This document shows positions 1 to 12,623 of a stretch of DNA of 64,000 nucleotides, in pieces. Both the position numbers and the translations under genes were made by a program. A model generated the notes under the pieces. The model ran no database searches and was not told the DNA's origin. It saw nothing but the letters and a program-made list of their open reading frames with translations. This DNA comes from Vitrella brassicaformis CCMP3155 (lineage: Eukaryota; Protista; Chromerida), in contig CDMY01000339.1 of assembly GCA_001179505.1 (NCBI GenBank), forward strand, positions 49,337-113,336, read 5' to 3'. Every line of letters begins with the position of its first letter. Position 1 is the stretch's first letter.

Positions 1-13
1 GCTGTTCTTGTAC

Positions 14-140
14 ACACAAATGCGTACGTGCGTATGTTGTCATCGTGTGGATGTCAGGTCGACAGAAGAGGAGACATGATGACATTGTGGTCATCGCTGT
101 CTACATTTTGTATCACGGAGGACTTGTATCACTGCATCCA
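14..140. repeat. ~130-150 bp dispersed repeat; other copies ~1222-1366 and ~6783-6930, partial ~5222-5290
   Basis: Near-identical text ACAAATGCGTACG...GGATGTCAGGTCGACA(C/G)AAGAGGAGACATGATGACATTGTGGTCATCGCTGTCTACATTTT(A/G)TATCACGGAGGACT at each site. Confidence 0.9.
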
Positions 141-422
141 CGCCCGCCCTTCTTCGTGCGCAGTGCACAGACGGACCCCACTCTGCCGCCACAGCAGCCA
201 CCCACTTCGCCGCCACGTCTGGCCCAGGAGCACGTGACGGTGCGGATCGGGAGAGAGAGATGGGACTGCTGGCCGACGAGCAGCAAAGACGACAACGCAT
301 CTTCCACCACACCCGACGCCAGTGCAACAGCCGTTGTCGGTGTCCAGAATGCCACTGAGTCTCGCTTCCTGGACTCAAAACGCCCCTCTGCCTCCGCGAA
401 TGACCCCCCTTTGCCTCCGCAG

Positions 423-800
423 CTGGCCCCTCAAGAGCCCCTCTTGCTGTTTGGGTCGACTTCGCAACGGCAGCCATGGCAGAAAGGCAGCGGCATCCAA
501 GGTAAATGAGCTGTCGCATTCTGCCTTTAGTCTTCACCGCTTGCTGTCTCTTCGATACAGTGCAAGGCCACATTCTTCAACGTTGACTCGGCCTCATTCG
601 GATCCAAGTGGTACTGCCTGCAATCACACTCCTGTTGTATTGATCATTGCGTCTTTCACAGGCTCGAGAGGGGGTCAACTGAGGACGACCGGGTGCTCAT
701 ACAGGGGAGGGAGAGGTCGCGCATCTGTCATCTGGTGTGTGTGCTTTGCAATCAGCACCAGCGTTGGATGTTTCATCGGCGGGAGAGGCGTCGACTGAGG
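423..800 (+). pseudogene. AAA+ ATPase (katanin p60/spastin/VPS4-like) remnant, copy A
   Basis: Frameshifted Walker-A exon (LAPQEPLLLFG...KAAASK) followed by a GT-AG intron and exon CKATFFNVDSASFGSKW; homologous to 2880-3120. Confidence 0.75.
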
Positions 801-1374
801 AATGAGTAGGGCCCGGCATCATTCATGCGCCTGGCCCTCAGCCGGTTGCAATGGCCCCGACGCGTGGAACAAGCCTCCAGTCAAGCACGACAACGCCTGA
901 GAGAGCCGTAGTGGTAAGAGCTGTGGGGCACCGACGAGGCCGTAAGCGAAGAAAACGCCATCAGAGAGAGATACATCGACGCATTAAGGTGCCTGTTTTG
1001 GTGTCTGATGAATGTCAGATTGAGAGCAAGAAGAAGCGCCGCACCACAGTCGAGCTGGCCGTCGACGGCTGCCAAGCAGCAGATCGACGCCATGCGGGCG
1101 GCCAAGGGCGGCCTCCAGAAGAAGCGGGCGGCCATTCGGGAGCGGGAGCAGCGGATGAGAGAGCGCCAGGTGGAGATCGATGCCCTCGACAAGGACATCC
1201 GTAGGCGGGGCGCAAGCAAAGCGGACAACATTACATACGCATACACAAATGCGTACGTGCGTATGTTGTCATCGTGTGGATGTCAGGTCGACACAAGAGG
1301 AGACATGATGACATTGTGGTCATCGCTGTCTACATTTTATATCACGGAGGACTTTTATCACTGCGCCCACGCCC

Positions 1375-1430
1375 AGCTGGCCCCTCAAGAGCCCCTCCTG
1401 CTGTTTTGGCCGCCTGCCAACGGCAGGTTC
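1375..1430 (+). pseudogene. Isolated Walker-A exon fragment of the same AAA family
   Basis: LAPQEPLLLFWPPANGR; matches 7050-7130. Confidence 0.6.
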
Positions 1431-2114
1431 ATTCTCTGATGTTGGCAGGTGAGAGGACGGGGCGGATCCGCTAATGCATGCACGTGTGGTCCTCTTGCCT
1501 GTCTGTGTTGCGTCCGTCAGCTTCAGCAGCACCACTCCTTCCTGAGCCGCGTCTATACGTCCAACATCCACACGTGCAGAGGAGTCATTGTGGAAATAGG
1601 TGTGCTGACGGTGGAAGGAACCGGACCAGTGGGAGTGTTGGTGCAGAGCTGCTGGGGCGGGGGACCCTCTTCGGTGACGCAAATCTTCCTATCATCATGA
1701 TCAGCCTCACACTATCAGCCCGGGTCACTTCGGCTCCTGTCACTCCACTGATTACAGCCGAGTACCAGCCTCTCGACTACTTGCGTGGCGTCTGTGGATA
1801 GAGACATTTTCTTCTTGTTGTGTGGACGCTTTTCGCGGCTCTTTGCCTCTCTGATGGCTTTCCCCTTTCTGACCGTCGACAAGTGGCCACACATAGCAGA
1901 AGGACAACAGGACTTCGTGCACGAAGGCCACACCAGACCTCTGGCGGGACACCTCCTTCGAAGCGGCTGACCAAGCATCGTGTCCTGCAACTTGCTCCGT
2001 CGAAAGAGCTGGTCAAAGACTTAACACGGCAGTACAACGACATGCATCCCGATGCTCGTGTAGATGACTACCTTTGTAAGGAGATGGAATGTCGTGAGTG
2101 CCGTGTTCGTGGAC

Positions 2115-3480
2115 CAAGATGTCCGGGAGAGGGACAGGCGCATTCAGACACTGTAATCGACACAACGACTGTTGCCTGCCCATCCTTTCATTATTGTGGC
2201 ATTGTTGTCTCCTGATGTGCATTCAGGCGAGCAGAAAACCAAGCCCTCAGCCGCAACGTTGAGCGCCTCAAGGACGAGGTGCAGCAGGAGAGGCAGAAGG
2301 CCGCACAGCAGGAGATTCGGTATGTGAGATCTACAGGCATGCACAGCACAGGTGCAGGGCGCTTTCGTGACTGCCTCTCTCTTTTTTGTGTGTGTACAGG
2401 TATAAGGCCTCCATGACCCAGTACAGGATGTATATTGCTGACATGCTCCGGCAGAAGTAACCAACGGAATACTGATCGGACGCGATTGAATGTTGTTGTT
2501 ATGACTCCTGCTGCAGGGGGACTGAGGGCAAGCAGAATGAAGACGACAAGTACAACACCGACACCGGTAACGAAACGAGCAAACGAGCGGCACAGATATT
2601 GCACTAGCATCCGTGTTGCCTTTATGTTTGCTGACGCGATTCAGGCAGCCTTCCCGGACAGTTCAGCACCAAAGCCAGTGAGGACAACGATATCAAGCGT
2701 CACATCACAGACATGATCATCGACTATCGCCATGAGCCGAGGGAGGGCGAGGAGAAGCGAGTTACTTGGCGGGATATGATTGGGAACGCCAGCGTCAAAC
2801 AAAAGTGAGTCGGGATGAAACGGTTCTTCAATAACACAGTGGATTCGTTGACGCTTTTTGTGTGTGCAATGAAGCCTTCTGCAGCTCTTTCTATGGCCTG
2901 CCAAGTATCCACTCGAGTTCACGGGGCTGCCGGCCCTATAAGAGGGCCTTCTGCTTTTCGACCATCCGGCAACGGCAAAACGATGGCAGCGAAGGCAGCG
3001 GCGTCCAAGGTAAATGAGCTGCCGCGCTTTGCTTTCATTGTGTACTGCTTGTTGTCTCTTCGATACAGTGCAAGGCCACGTTCTTCAACGTTGACGCCGC
3101 TTCCTTCGGCTCTAAGTGGTACTGTCTGCAATCACGCTCCTGTTTGTGTTGGTCATTGCGTCTTTTCTTTGTTGCTGCTGCTGTTTGTGCGTGTAAGTTT
3201 GGCGATAGAGAGAAGATGGTAAAGGCGCTGTTCGAGGTGGCCAGAGAGCGTGCTCCGTCCATCATCTTCATGGATGAGGTCGACGGGATCATGTCAGCGA
3301 GGGGCGCTGAAGTCGGATTTGGCTCTCAAGCCGTCAGGTAGGCATCGTGTATGCGCTCGCACTCACCCTCACCGATCTCCTTGTCTCTGTACCATTGTAT
3401 GCAGCCGCATCAAGGCTGAGCTTCTGGTCCAAGTGGACGGCCTGACCACCACTGATGATCGCGTGCAAGTTATCCTCAGT
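2115..3480 (+). pseudogene. Coiled-coil + AAA+ ATPase (katanin/spastin/fidgetin/VPS4 group), most complete local copy
   Basis: Exons: ENQALSRNVERLKDEVQQERQKAAQQEIR; KRVTWRDMIGNASVKQ; Walker A (G)PSGNGKTMAAKAAASK; CKATFFNVDAASFGSKW; FGDREKMVKALFEVARERAPSIIFMDEVDGIMSARG (Walker B); RIKAELLVQVDG. In-frame TAA at 2939-2941 (CAA in the paralog at ~8243) and a 1-nt deletion just before Walker A. Confidence 0.85.
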
Positions 3481-3562
3481 CTTTAGAGACTTTCACTCAT
3501 TCAGGAGAGAGAGAGAGGAGTGTTGTGTGCGTTCATAAGACACAGCAACTGCCCTACCGCAT

Positions 3563-6200
3563 ATGGCGCAGCCAGCGGCCCCAGGGCCCGCAACACCGCC
3601 ATTCGTCCTCGACAACTACTATGATATCCGTCAGCTCCGCGCCGGCACACATGGGCAGACGTGGCTCGCCAAGCCAAACCCCGTCGGCCAAGCCCCGAAC
3701 CAATAGCCCCGAACCTCGACGGCATGCCGTGGGCTATGGCCATGCCTCGAGGTCAGGACGTCGTCGTCAAAAGGGTGAGTGCATGCATGGACCAGCCGAT
3801 GCGAAGTTGCCATCGCTTGTCTCATGCATGTGTGCCTCATCCATCCATAACCGTGTACGTCTGTTTGTCGTCTCGATCTGCGTGCAGAGTCTGGGCCAGA
3901 ACAACGTGAACATCCTATACGGTGAGAGGACTGACACACACCCTCTCTCTCTCTCTCTTCTCATGTGCTGTTAGTTGGTTCGTTCGTGTATGTACTCAGT
4001 AGAGTCGACGGTCATGTCGCAGCCGGCCCTCGAGGCGTGCCCGAATGTGATGGACTACTACGCGCTGACGACCGCGGATGACGACTCGGAGGGCTACCTG
4101 GTGATGCCATACGGGGGCCAGGACCTCGCGCAGATGCTCGATGACCACAGACAAGCACACATGGCTCAGATGGTGGGTGAGAGGAGAGATGAATACGTAT
4201 GGGCGTGCGTGGTTTGAAGGACAGACAGACAGACAGACAGACAGCCAGACAGCCATACATGTATATGCGGCCACAGACAAGTGTTGTTCCCTCTCTCTGC
4301 AGGGTGACATGGCGGACTACACCGGCCTGCCCGTCGGCCAGGTCAAGTCCATCACACGCCAGCTGCTCACCGTACACCAGGCGTTCAAGGCCGCAGGCGG
4401 TAAGTAACTAAGCAAGAGAGGCAGACAGAGAGAGAGGAGAGAAGCGGGAAGACAAGTGTCTGTCTGTGTGGTTTGTTGGAACATGCAGTGATGTATCGAG
4501 ACATGAAGCTCGACAATGTCGTCATGGACGGCAACGAACGCGTACGCGTCATCGATATGGGCTGGGCCAAGGCCGTGCAGGCTCAGTGGGATGGTGTCAA
4601 CGATCCACTGGCGGTCACCACCCATACTTACACATGTGTCTCTCTCTGTTTCACTCTCTCTCTCTCTCATGCGTGCAGTGGGTTGGCGGCGTGCGGCCGG
4701 CCGAGATGCTGCTGCAGACAGTACAACACACAGGCTGACATCCACGCTCTCGGCCAGACGCTCTTTGAGATGCGGTTCGGATACACAGTGTTCACCGAGC
4801 GGATAGTCCACGGCCAGTTGATCGACCTCCGCAACAACCCTATGGCGGCGCTGACGGACATGATCGCCATGTACGGCGGGGCGGCATGGTCGGCTGACCA
4901 GAAGACCCAGATACACAACTTCCTGGTACGTACACACGTGCAAAAGGCAGCCATTAACAAGCGAGGGAGGGACCTCAGCATACATGCGTAGCAAGCGAGA
5001 ATTGCCTGTCTGTGTCTCTCTGCTGCTGCTGCGTGTGTGCGTGTGCAGGGCGCTTACGCGTTGGGACCGGCCAGGACGGAGGCGCAGGTCAAGGCGTCGC
5101 TGCTCCACCGCATGACTGCCCTCCGCCCGCAGCTGCACGTCACACCGGAGGGTGGCATCAACCACGAAACTCAGGTGAACAGGATAAACGCATACAGATG
5201 CGCATTGTAATGGATGGTAAATGGATGTCATGCAGCAAGATGTCTCGATCTTATCGCCGTCTACATTTTATATCACGGAGGACTCTTTACTCTGTGCATC
5301 GCCCTCATCATGGGACTTCATACGTGCGGCGTGCTGCCGGCACTGCTGATGGTGGCGTTTCGGGTGCCCTCGTCAATCACGTCGCGCGATGAGGGTGCTT
5401 GGCAGCATTCTCACGATGTGAAACTGCATCCCGTGAGTGGAAGGGTTTGAAAGAACCAGGCGACAAGAATGACCCTTGTGATCGGTCCATTCGTCTATGC
5501 ACGTATCTAGGATGTCCGCAGCATGAAGGGAAAGCCTAGATGGGGCGTCTATGCTGCTGGCATGGATGCCCGGCACGGGGCACATCATCAAGGGAGTGGC
5601 GTTCCTGGATACCAAGCTATGGCAGAACGGCGCGTGAGTGTGCAAGGATTTGAAAGAATCAGGCGACATGGACGCGTGTGATCGGGTCGATTTGTGTATG
5701 TTTCTAGGATGCCCGGGTTGGTGAACGCTACCCTCGAAGCCAACTTGGAGGTGCCCGAACTGCCCCAGCTGGACCAGATGACCGCCGCCACAATGGCGGC
5801 TGCATGCGGATAACCAGGTGCTCATCGCCACGACGCAGCAGCTAGTGTACATGATGGGAAACGCCACAAGTGCCATCATGGACCTCGCCAACAATACAAA
5901 CACGACGGGTCAGCCCGTAAGTGAGGGAGGGAAAGACCGAATAACCTTTGCTTTTGCTATCAGTCCCACTTCTTCTTCGCCGGCCCTACGCGGGGAACGC
6001 GGTTCCCTTTCACCTTGGACCCGCAGCAACTCGCCGGCGTGCGCACGGAAGCCGATCTTCGACGTGCCGTGGCAGACCACCTGCACCGCGAGTACGGCGG
6101 TGCGGTTGGGGCGGTGCAAGGGAGGAGCGCAGAGGACTACGAGCTTGAACTCGACTTCAACCAGTTCGACCGGAGGGGCTTGTCGGCCGAGGATCCGTGA
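3563..6200 (+). pseudogene. Multi-exon Ser/Thr protein kinase, frameshifted
   Basis: ATG 3563; Gly-loop-like LRAGTHGQTWLA; VVVK; CPNVMDYY; YLVMPYGGQDL; YRDMKLDN; IDMG; RPAEMLL; YNTQADIHALGQTLFEM. A 14-nt insertion at ~3702-3715 gives a stop and frameshift, and a second frameshift lies at ~4717. The 3' exons are less certain. Confidence 0.85.
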
Positions 6201-7049
6201 CGCAAAGAGTACACGCGCACCAAGGACACGCATGTGTGTGTGGCTGTGTAAACAGGTCCTCCGCCAGTTCCGCGGGGTGCCGGTGTGGGCGACCCGAACA
6301 GCACAGGTATAACCGGATCAACCTTGTTTCTTTGCTGTTGCTATGCAGGTAGCCGCTCAAGAACACACGCATCTATGGGGGACGCATCTCCTGCCAGGGT
6401 GGACTTGTCGACAGGTATGTATGCACATGGGTTCTCACCACGAATGCGCGTGCTGTCTCCATTACGTTGGTGTAGTTGTGTTTGGTGTGCACGGAGTTCG
6501 CAGCACGCGGCAAAGAGCTCGACGTCAGGCTCGAGCGGGCAGTTCGGGTGGATAAAGTCTGATCTATCAGCCAGTCGGCTCATCAATGTGGCTCCCGCGG
6601 CCTGTGCCGGACTTCCCCTCTCCGTCCAGCCGTCGTGGTGCGTGCGACAACGACGAGGAGCCAAGCGCCGTGTGGATGATGCAGCTCGGCAGCAACCCCC
6701 CTCTGACAACCGGCGGTGGTGTCCCCATGCGGCGAGATGTTGTCCACCGAAGATGCCCTCGTCGGTGGGCGGGGTGCAGGCAAAGTGGACAACATTACAT
6801 GCGCACACACAAATGCGTACGCGCATCTGTTGTCATCGTGTGGATGTCAGGTCGACACAAGAGGAGACATGATGACATTGTGGTCATCGCTGTCTACATT
6901 TTATATCACGGAGGACTTGTATCACTGCATCCACGCTTCCTGAAGTCCACCGTCAGCTCAGAACTGAAGAAAGTTCAACGGCGTGTGCGGGCTGAGAGGT
7001 CCCCAGCGCGTCTCCGTCGTGTGCGTGAGGTGACGGGCAGAGAGGGCAG

Positions 7050-8280
7050 CTGGCCCCTCAAGAGCCCCTCCTCCTGTTTTGGCCGCCTGGCAACGGCAAA
7101 ACCATGGCGGCAAAGGCGGTTGCATCTACGGTAAATGAGCTCTTGCCTTCTGCCTTTTCTGCACGCCAGATGCACCGTTTCTCATTGCGTTGCCCTCCTT
7201 CTGCAGAGAGACCAAGATGTCCGGGAGAGGGACAGGCGCATCCAGACACTGTAATCGACAAAACGACGACTCTTGCCTGCCCACCCTTTCATTATTGCGG
7301 CATTGTTGTCCCCTGATGTGCATTCAGGCGAGCAGAAAAGCAAGCCCTCAGCCGCAACGTTGAGCGCCTCAACGACGAGGTGCAGCAGGAGAGGCAGAAG
7401 GCCGCACAGCAGGAGATTCGGTATGTGAGATCTACAGGCATGCACAGCACAGGTGCAGGGCGCTTTTGTGATGGCTTTTTTTTTGTGTGTGTACAGGTAT
7501 AAGGCCTCCATGACCCAGTACAGGATGTATATTGCTGACATGCTCCGGCAGAAGTAACCAACGGAATACTGATCGGACGCGATTGAATGTTGTTTTGACT
7601 CCTGCTGCAGGGGTACTGAGAGCAAGCAGAATGAGGACGACAAGGACAACACCGACACCGGTAACGAAACGAGCAAACGAGCGGCACAGATATTGCACTA
7701 CAGGTATAAGGCATCCATGACCCATCACAGGATGTATATTGCTGACATGCTCCGACAGAAGTAAACCAACCTAATACTGATCGGACGCGATTGAATGTTG
7801 TTGTTATGACTCCTGCTGCAGGGGGACTGAGGGCAAGCAGAATGAAGACGACAAGTACAACACCGACACCGGTAACGAAACGAGCAAACGAGCGGCACAG
7901 ATATTGCACTAACATTCGTGTTGCATCGGTGTTTGCTGACGCCATTCAGGCGGCCTGCCCGGACAGTTCAGCACCAAAGCCAGTGAGGACAACGATATCA
8001 AGCGTCACATCACGGACATGATCATCGACTATCGCCATGAGCCGAGGGAGGGCGAGGAGAAGCGAGTTACCTGGCGGGATATGATTGGGAACGCCAGCGT
8101 CAAACAAAGTGAGTCGGGATGAAACGGTTCACCGATAACACAGTGGATTCGTTGACGCTTTTTGTGTGTGCAATGAAGCCTTCTGCAGCTGTTCGTATGG
8201 CCGGCCAAGTATCCACTCGAGTTCACGGGGCTGCCGGCCCCACAAGAGGGCCTTCTGCTTTTCGGCCCATCCCGCAAAGG
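7050..8280 (+). pseudogene. AAA ATPase remnants: Walker-A fragment 7050-7130 joined to a second copy of the coiled-coil/AAA gene 7213-8280
   Basis: LLLFWPPGNGKTMAAKAVAST; 7213-8280 aligns with 2115-2975 and breaks off after GLLLFGPS. Internal ~207-bp tandem duplication at 7494-7910. Confidence 0.85.
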
Positions 8281-8320
8281 CGACGCTGCCCCCGTACGCG
8301 AGTCGGCCCGCATCGCAGCG

Positions 8321-8602
8321 ATGCAGCAGCAGCTGTCCGCTGTCAACTATGCCACGTTGACGGCGGACAAGGTGACGGCCAACAGGAAGAGGCAGAGGGA
8401 CGCGCAGGAGACGGTGACCAAGCTGCTGGGTGCCGAGGAGGAGAGGACATCGGAGGCAAGGAGGAATTGCCGGAGGCTGCAGGAGAAGCGAATCCTGGGC
8501 GAGCTGGGCTCGTACAAGAACATCACGGCCGAGACGGTGGCAGCAAACCGCGACAGGCAGAGGAAGAGGGTAGCAAGGAGGGGCAGGCAGGCCGGTGTCT
8601 GA
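8321..8602 (+). CDS. Short coiled-coil ORF of unknown function, possibly a gene fragment
   Basis: 93-aa ORF rich in E/K/R/Q with an internal repeat (TADKVTANRKRQR / TAETVAANRDRQR). Confidence 0.3.
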   Translation: MQQQLSAVNYATLTADKVTANRKRQRDAQETVTKLLGAEEERTSEARRNCRRLQEKRILGELGSYKNITAETVAANRDRQRKRVARRGRQAGV

Positions 8603-9930
8603 CTGGCATTTCTTGGGGAGGGTAGACTGGCGGTTGGTGGGGGGGCGGGAGTGGTATCAGGGCAAACTGATAGACTCAATGTTTTGGCTGCGCCGGGTCG
8701 ATCGCTGACCTTTTTGGCCGCTCTTTGACTGAGCTTGAGGACGTACAGGGGCAGTGATGGGATAACTAGTGCTGGGAGGGGGAGGGGTGGTGTGTGTGGC
8801 CTGCCTGTCTGGGATGTGTGTGAGTGGACGGCCTAACCGACAAGCACAAACAGACAGACAGACAGACATACCGACAGACAGAGACAGCCGCCCGTCCTCA
8901 TGGAGGGAGGGGTGCATACAGATGGATTGTGGGGGTCAAGGGAGGAGGGTGGGAGAGAGGGAGTGGAGACGTGAAAGTTTATCGCTGCCTTCATTTTATA
9001 TCCGGATGGCACGTGTTTGTCAATGTCACCAGGACAAGAAGATGTGAGGGACATTTGGTGAGTGCTGCATGGTGCGTGGGGTGGACCGATCCATTCAGGT
9101 GTTACGTCGAAAAGTCCGTTTGTATGCACACCTCACACACTCACACTCACACACACTCACACATGCCATCTCCCTGTGCGTGTCTCTCAGCATAGCAGCA
9201 AACTCACCCGGCACTTCCCACACACACCCACACTCATCCTCCTGCCCCTCTAGGCATCCGAATCACCCTCGCAGCCCTCTGCCCCTCCGTCCCTCTCTCC
9301 CGTCCTGATGCACATCGTCGTGGAAGGCAGACTAGCGAAGTGGTCACCACACTCTGCCCCCGCCTTACCCGACGACATGACAGAAAGAAGAGAAAGGGGC
9401 CGAAGTGCGGCGCTGTGTTCGGTCAACTGGCCAAAAATCCATCCTCGCCTTACACCTCACTCATCTCACTCACTCATTCACTCACCTGCCTGCCTGCCGC
9501 TACAAATCGCACAAGGACCAGTGCCTGGCTGCACGTGTCGGTCAGCCGCCTTGTGAGATGTCGTTCCTCGCTCATATGTCTGCATCTGGTGTGCAGGTGG
9601 ACTGCCTCGACCTGGCCCGTCAGATGCTCAGCTGCGGCATTAAGCGAATCACGCTCAGCTGAGCATCCGACGCTCCAGCCCCAGGGAGCAAACCTGCACG
9701 GAATCGATGCAAAAGGGGCAATATCGTGGCCTACAAAAGTAAGGGATCACAGGCGTACGCGGCATGCAGCCAGCTGGCTACCCAAACACTACAGAAAAAC
9801 CAGACCGTCACGATGATTATGTACACTCTCGTGCCCCTCCCCCCCCCCTCCTCGACTCCCCGAGTACTGTACACCCGCCCCTCACTCCCTCCCTCACTCT
9901 GCACATCAACAACATGTGGCCACAAAACAC

Positions 9931-11193
9931 CTACACAACATTGTCAAAATCGATGGTGGGTGGAGTCAGGGGTGCGTCCATCTTGTCAGCCCTCGGCGTC
10001 TTGAACGCGTCAGGCTGCTGCGTGTTGAGTGAGGTCTTGGGGGCCGCCTCTGCGGTGTCCGCCGGCAGGCCGTCAAGGTCCCACTCCAGAGGGTAAGACT
10101 CGCGCAAGTTACGCGTCAAAACCTTGCGCCTGTAGCAACACGTGTACACGTGTGTGTGTCACAGTCACATGTCGAGTGAGTCTCTCTATGGCGTGCGGTG
10201 CGGCGCATACATACCTGTATCCATCGACTGTGTCCGAGAATAAGGGGGCGGGGTTTTCTGCTAGCTGGCGGTCGACCCTCTCGTACGCCTCAACACTCGT
10301 ACCAACCGGCGCATACTCAGCCTGACCACACAGACAGACAGACAGACAGACACGTGACGTGCGGACGGTATGCAGGGACACACTGATGCGTTCGCCCCCT
10401 CCATGTTTCTCGTCATCTTACCTGGTGAATGAATGCTCCTCCAGAGAGCCACTGAATGGAGGCGAAGGCCACCAAGAGGGCAATCGACAGCACTCCGATG
10501 CTCAGCGACGTGGTCCGTCCCCTCCCGCCTTGCTGCGGGTTGCGGACCAAGTTGACCACAGACAGCAAGGGCAGGAAGAAACCCAGACCAATCCGGGGAT
10601 CTGTCGAGAACAGCCCGTTGAACGGCACGTCCGCCTCCATCTCCTGCCGCTCTCGAATGCCGATACGGTCCCGCCTGTTGGCGTACTGGGGGTTCGACGT
10701 GTTCTCCTCAAACTGGAAGCCGCGCCGCCTGTTTTGGCTGTCCATCTCGTCTTCTTCGGGCAGGGACTCGGTGGCAGTGGACACGCCGTTGTTGGTGGTG
10801 CTGGCGGTCTTGCCGTCTGCTTCGGCGATGCCAAGCTCCCGCTGGCGTTGTCTCAGCCGTGCGTAAATGTCCTCATCCTTGGACTCGTCAAACTCGCCCA
10901 GCAGCACGGTGGACGGCAGAGGGCGCCTGGCGGGGGAGAGGGAGGCGGAGCGGTGCAAAACTCCGGGCTGACGACGGAAGACACACACAAGACACGACGT
11001 GATGAGATAGATAGGACTCGTTTGTTCGTCTGTCTGATCTGCCTATGTCTGTCTGTTGGCACACCTGTGCATGTGGCGTGTTGCTGAAGGCTGCTGTAAG
11101 CGGTAAGAGGATGCACAAGACCACACACGGTGCAACGACGCATGGACGGTGTGACGACGCGGAAGACGTCTGGCTGCCCCATGCTGTCCTCAT
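9931..11193 (-). CDS. Predicted plastid-targeted two-TM membrane protein of unknown function (4 exons)
   Basis: Exon 1 carries a signal-peptide-like stretch CVVAPCVVLCILLPLTAA followed by F, spliced in frame to an S/R/P-rich segment. Two hydrophobic helices follow (IGLGFFLPLLSVVNLV; IGVLSIALLVAFASIQWL). GT-AG introns keep the frame to the stop at 9931. Confidence 0.65.
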
Positions 11194-11525
11194 TGTTCAG
11201 TCCACGGCTGTGATCCTCTGAGATCCGGAGCAACTACGCGCACCGGATGTTTCGTTTCGCGCATGCCCGAGGTGCCCAAACGGCAAACGGCAGGAGGCGG
11301 CGCCACGGCAGTGGACATCCAGCCAAGCCCGTCTGAGAGACCGCCTTCAGGTTGACTGACGTGCGTGAGCAAGTGGGTGAGCTTCGGTGTTGTGCTGCTG
11401 TTGTGACCAGCGTTGTGACTCGCGAGAAAGCCTTCGTCGGCAGATCTGTCACACTCTCTTTGTGACGCACACGCGCTTCCTGGTTACGTGTTACTACGGG
11501 CTAACGGTGATCTCGAGCTCCAGCC

Positions 11526-12439
11526 GTGATGAGCTACCCCTACCCGCCTGGTCAGTACTCCGTGCCCATGGCGGCAAGCCCACCCGCCGGCTCTCGTGGG
11601 CCACCTTGGTTTGTCGGCGGACCACCCAGCCGCCCGCCGCCCGGCATCATCTACGCACCATCGCCGCAGCCAGTCGCCACTGCACCCACGCGTGGCCCAA
11701 GCCTTCAGCAGCAGGGAGGCTCTGGAGCTACCCGGGCCTCGGGCTCACCGCAGCCCGCTGACGCCGCAGCAGCAAGGGTGAGGAAGTCCCGCACAAAGAC
11801 TGCGAACCAACGGGGGTCTCGGTTGTGTTCTTTTCATTCAGAGAGTCTACGTTCCGACCGCAGTGGAGGTACGCCTTTGATCTCAGACAACGCCAGATGC
11901 ACCGTTGCTCATGGCGTTGCCCTCTTTCTGCACAGAGACCAAGATGTCCGGGAGAGGGACAGGCGCATCCAAACACTGTAATCGACAAAACGACGACTCT
12001 TGCCTGCCCACCCTTTCATTCTTGCGGCATTGTTGTCCCCTGATGTGCATTCAGGCGAGCAGAAAACCAAGCTCTCAGCCGCAACGTTGAGCGCCTCAAC
12101 GACGAGGTGCAGCAGGAGAGGCAGAAGGCCGCAGAGCAGGAGATTCGGTATGTGAGATCTACAGGCATGCACAGCACAGGTGCAGGGCGCTTTTGTTATT
12201 GCTTCTCTCTTTTTGTGTACAGGTATAAGGCGTCCATGACGCAGTACGGGACGTATATTGCTAACATGCTCGGGCAGAGGTAACCAACGGAATGCTGATC
12301 GAACGCGATTGAATGTTGTTGTTTTGACTCCTGCTGCAGGGGGATTGAGAGCAAGCAGAACGAGGACGACAAGGACAACACCGACATCGGTAACGAAACG
12401 AGCAAACGAGCGGCACGTTTGCATTTATGTTTGCTGACG
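11526..12439 (+). pseudogene. 5' half of the coiled-coil/AAA gene, truncated by the retrotransposon
   Basis: Pro-rich first exon, then RDQDVRERDRRIQTL, ENQALSRNVERLNDEVQQER, YKASMTQYGTYIANMLGQR. Homology to 2115-2640 ends at ...TTTGCTGACG (12439). Confidence 0.8.
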
Positions 12440-12623
12440 ACATGGCGGTCGTTCGCGGCTAGCAGAACAGCAACCCGCTGCTGCCGCCGCTGACAGCATC
12501 GCAGATAGGGTGCGGTTGAGGGGGAGGCCCAATAACCTCCACGTGGTGCTTGCCAGGGAGAGGGGCGCGGTCGAGGCCGAGGGGCAAGAAAGGGGGAAGG
12601 GAAGGGATTCGAATCCCCCCTCT

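Noticed and set aside
1975-2112. VLQLAPSKELVKDL resembling SF2 helicase motif Ia
   Set aside because: No motif I (GKT) or DExD is found in frame; the match is too short.
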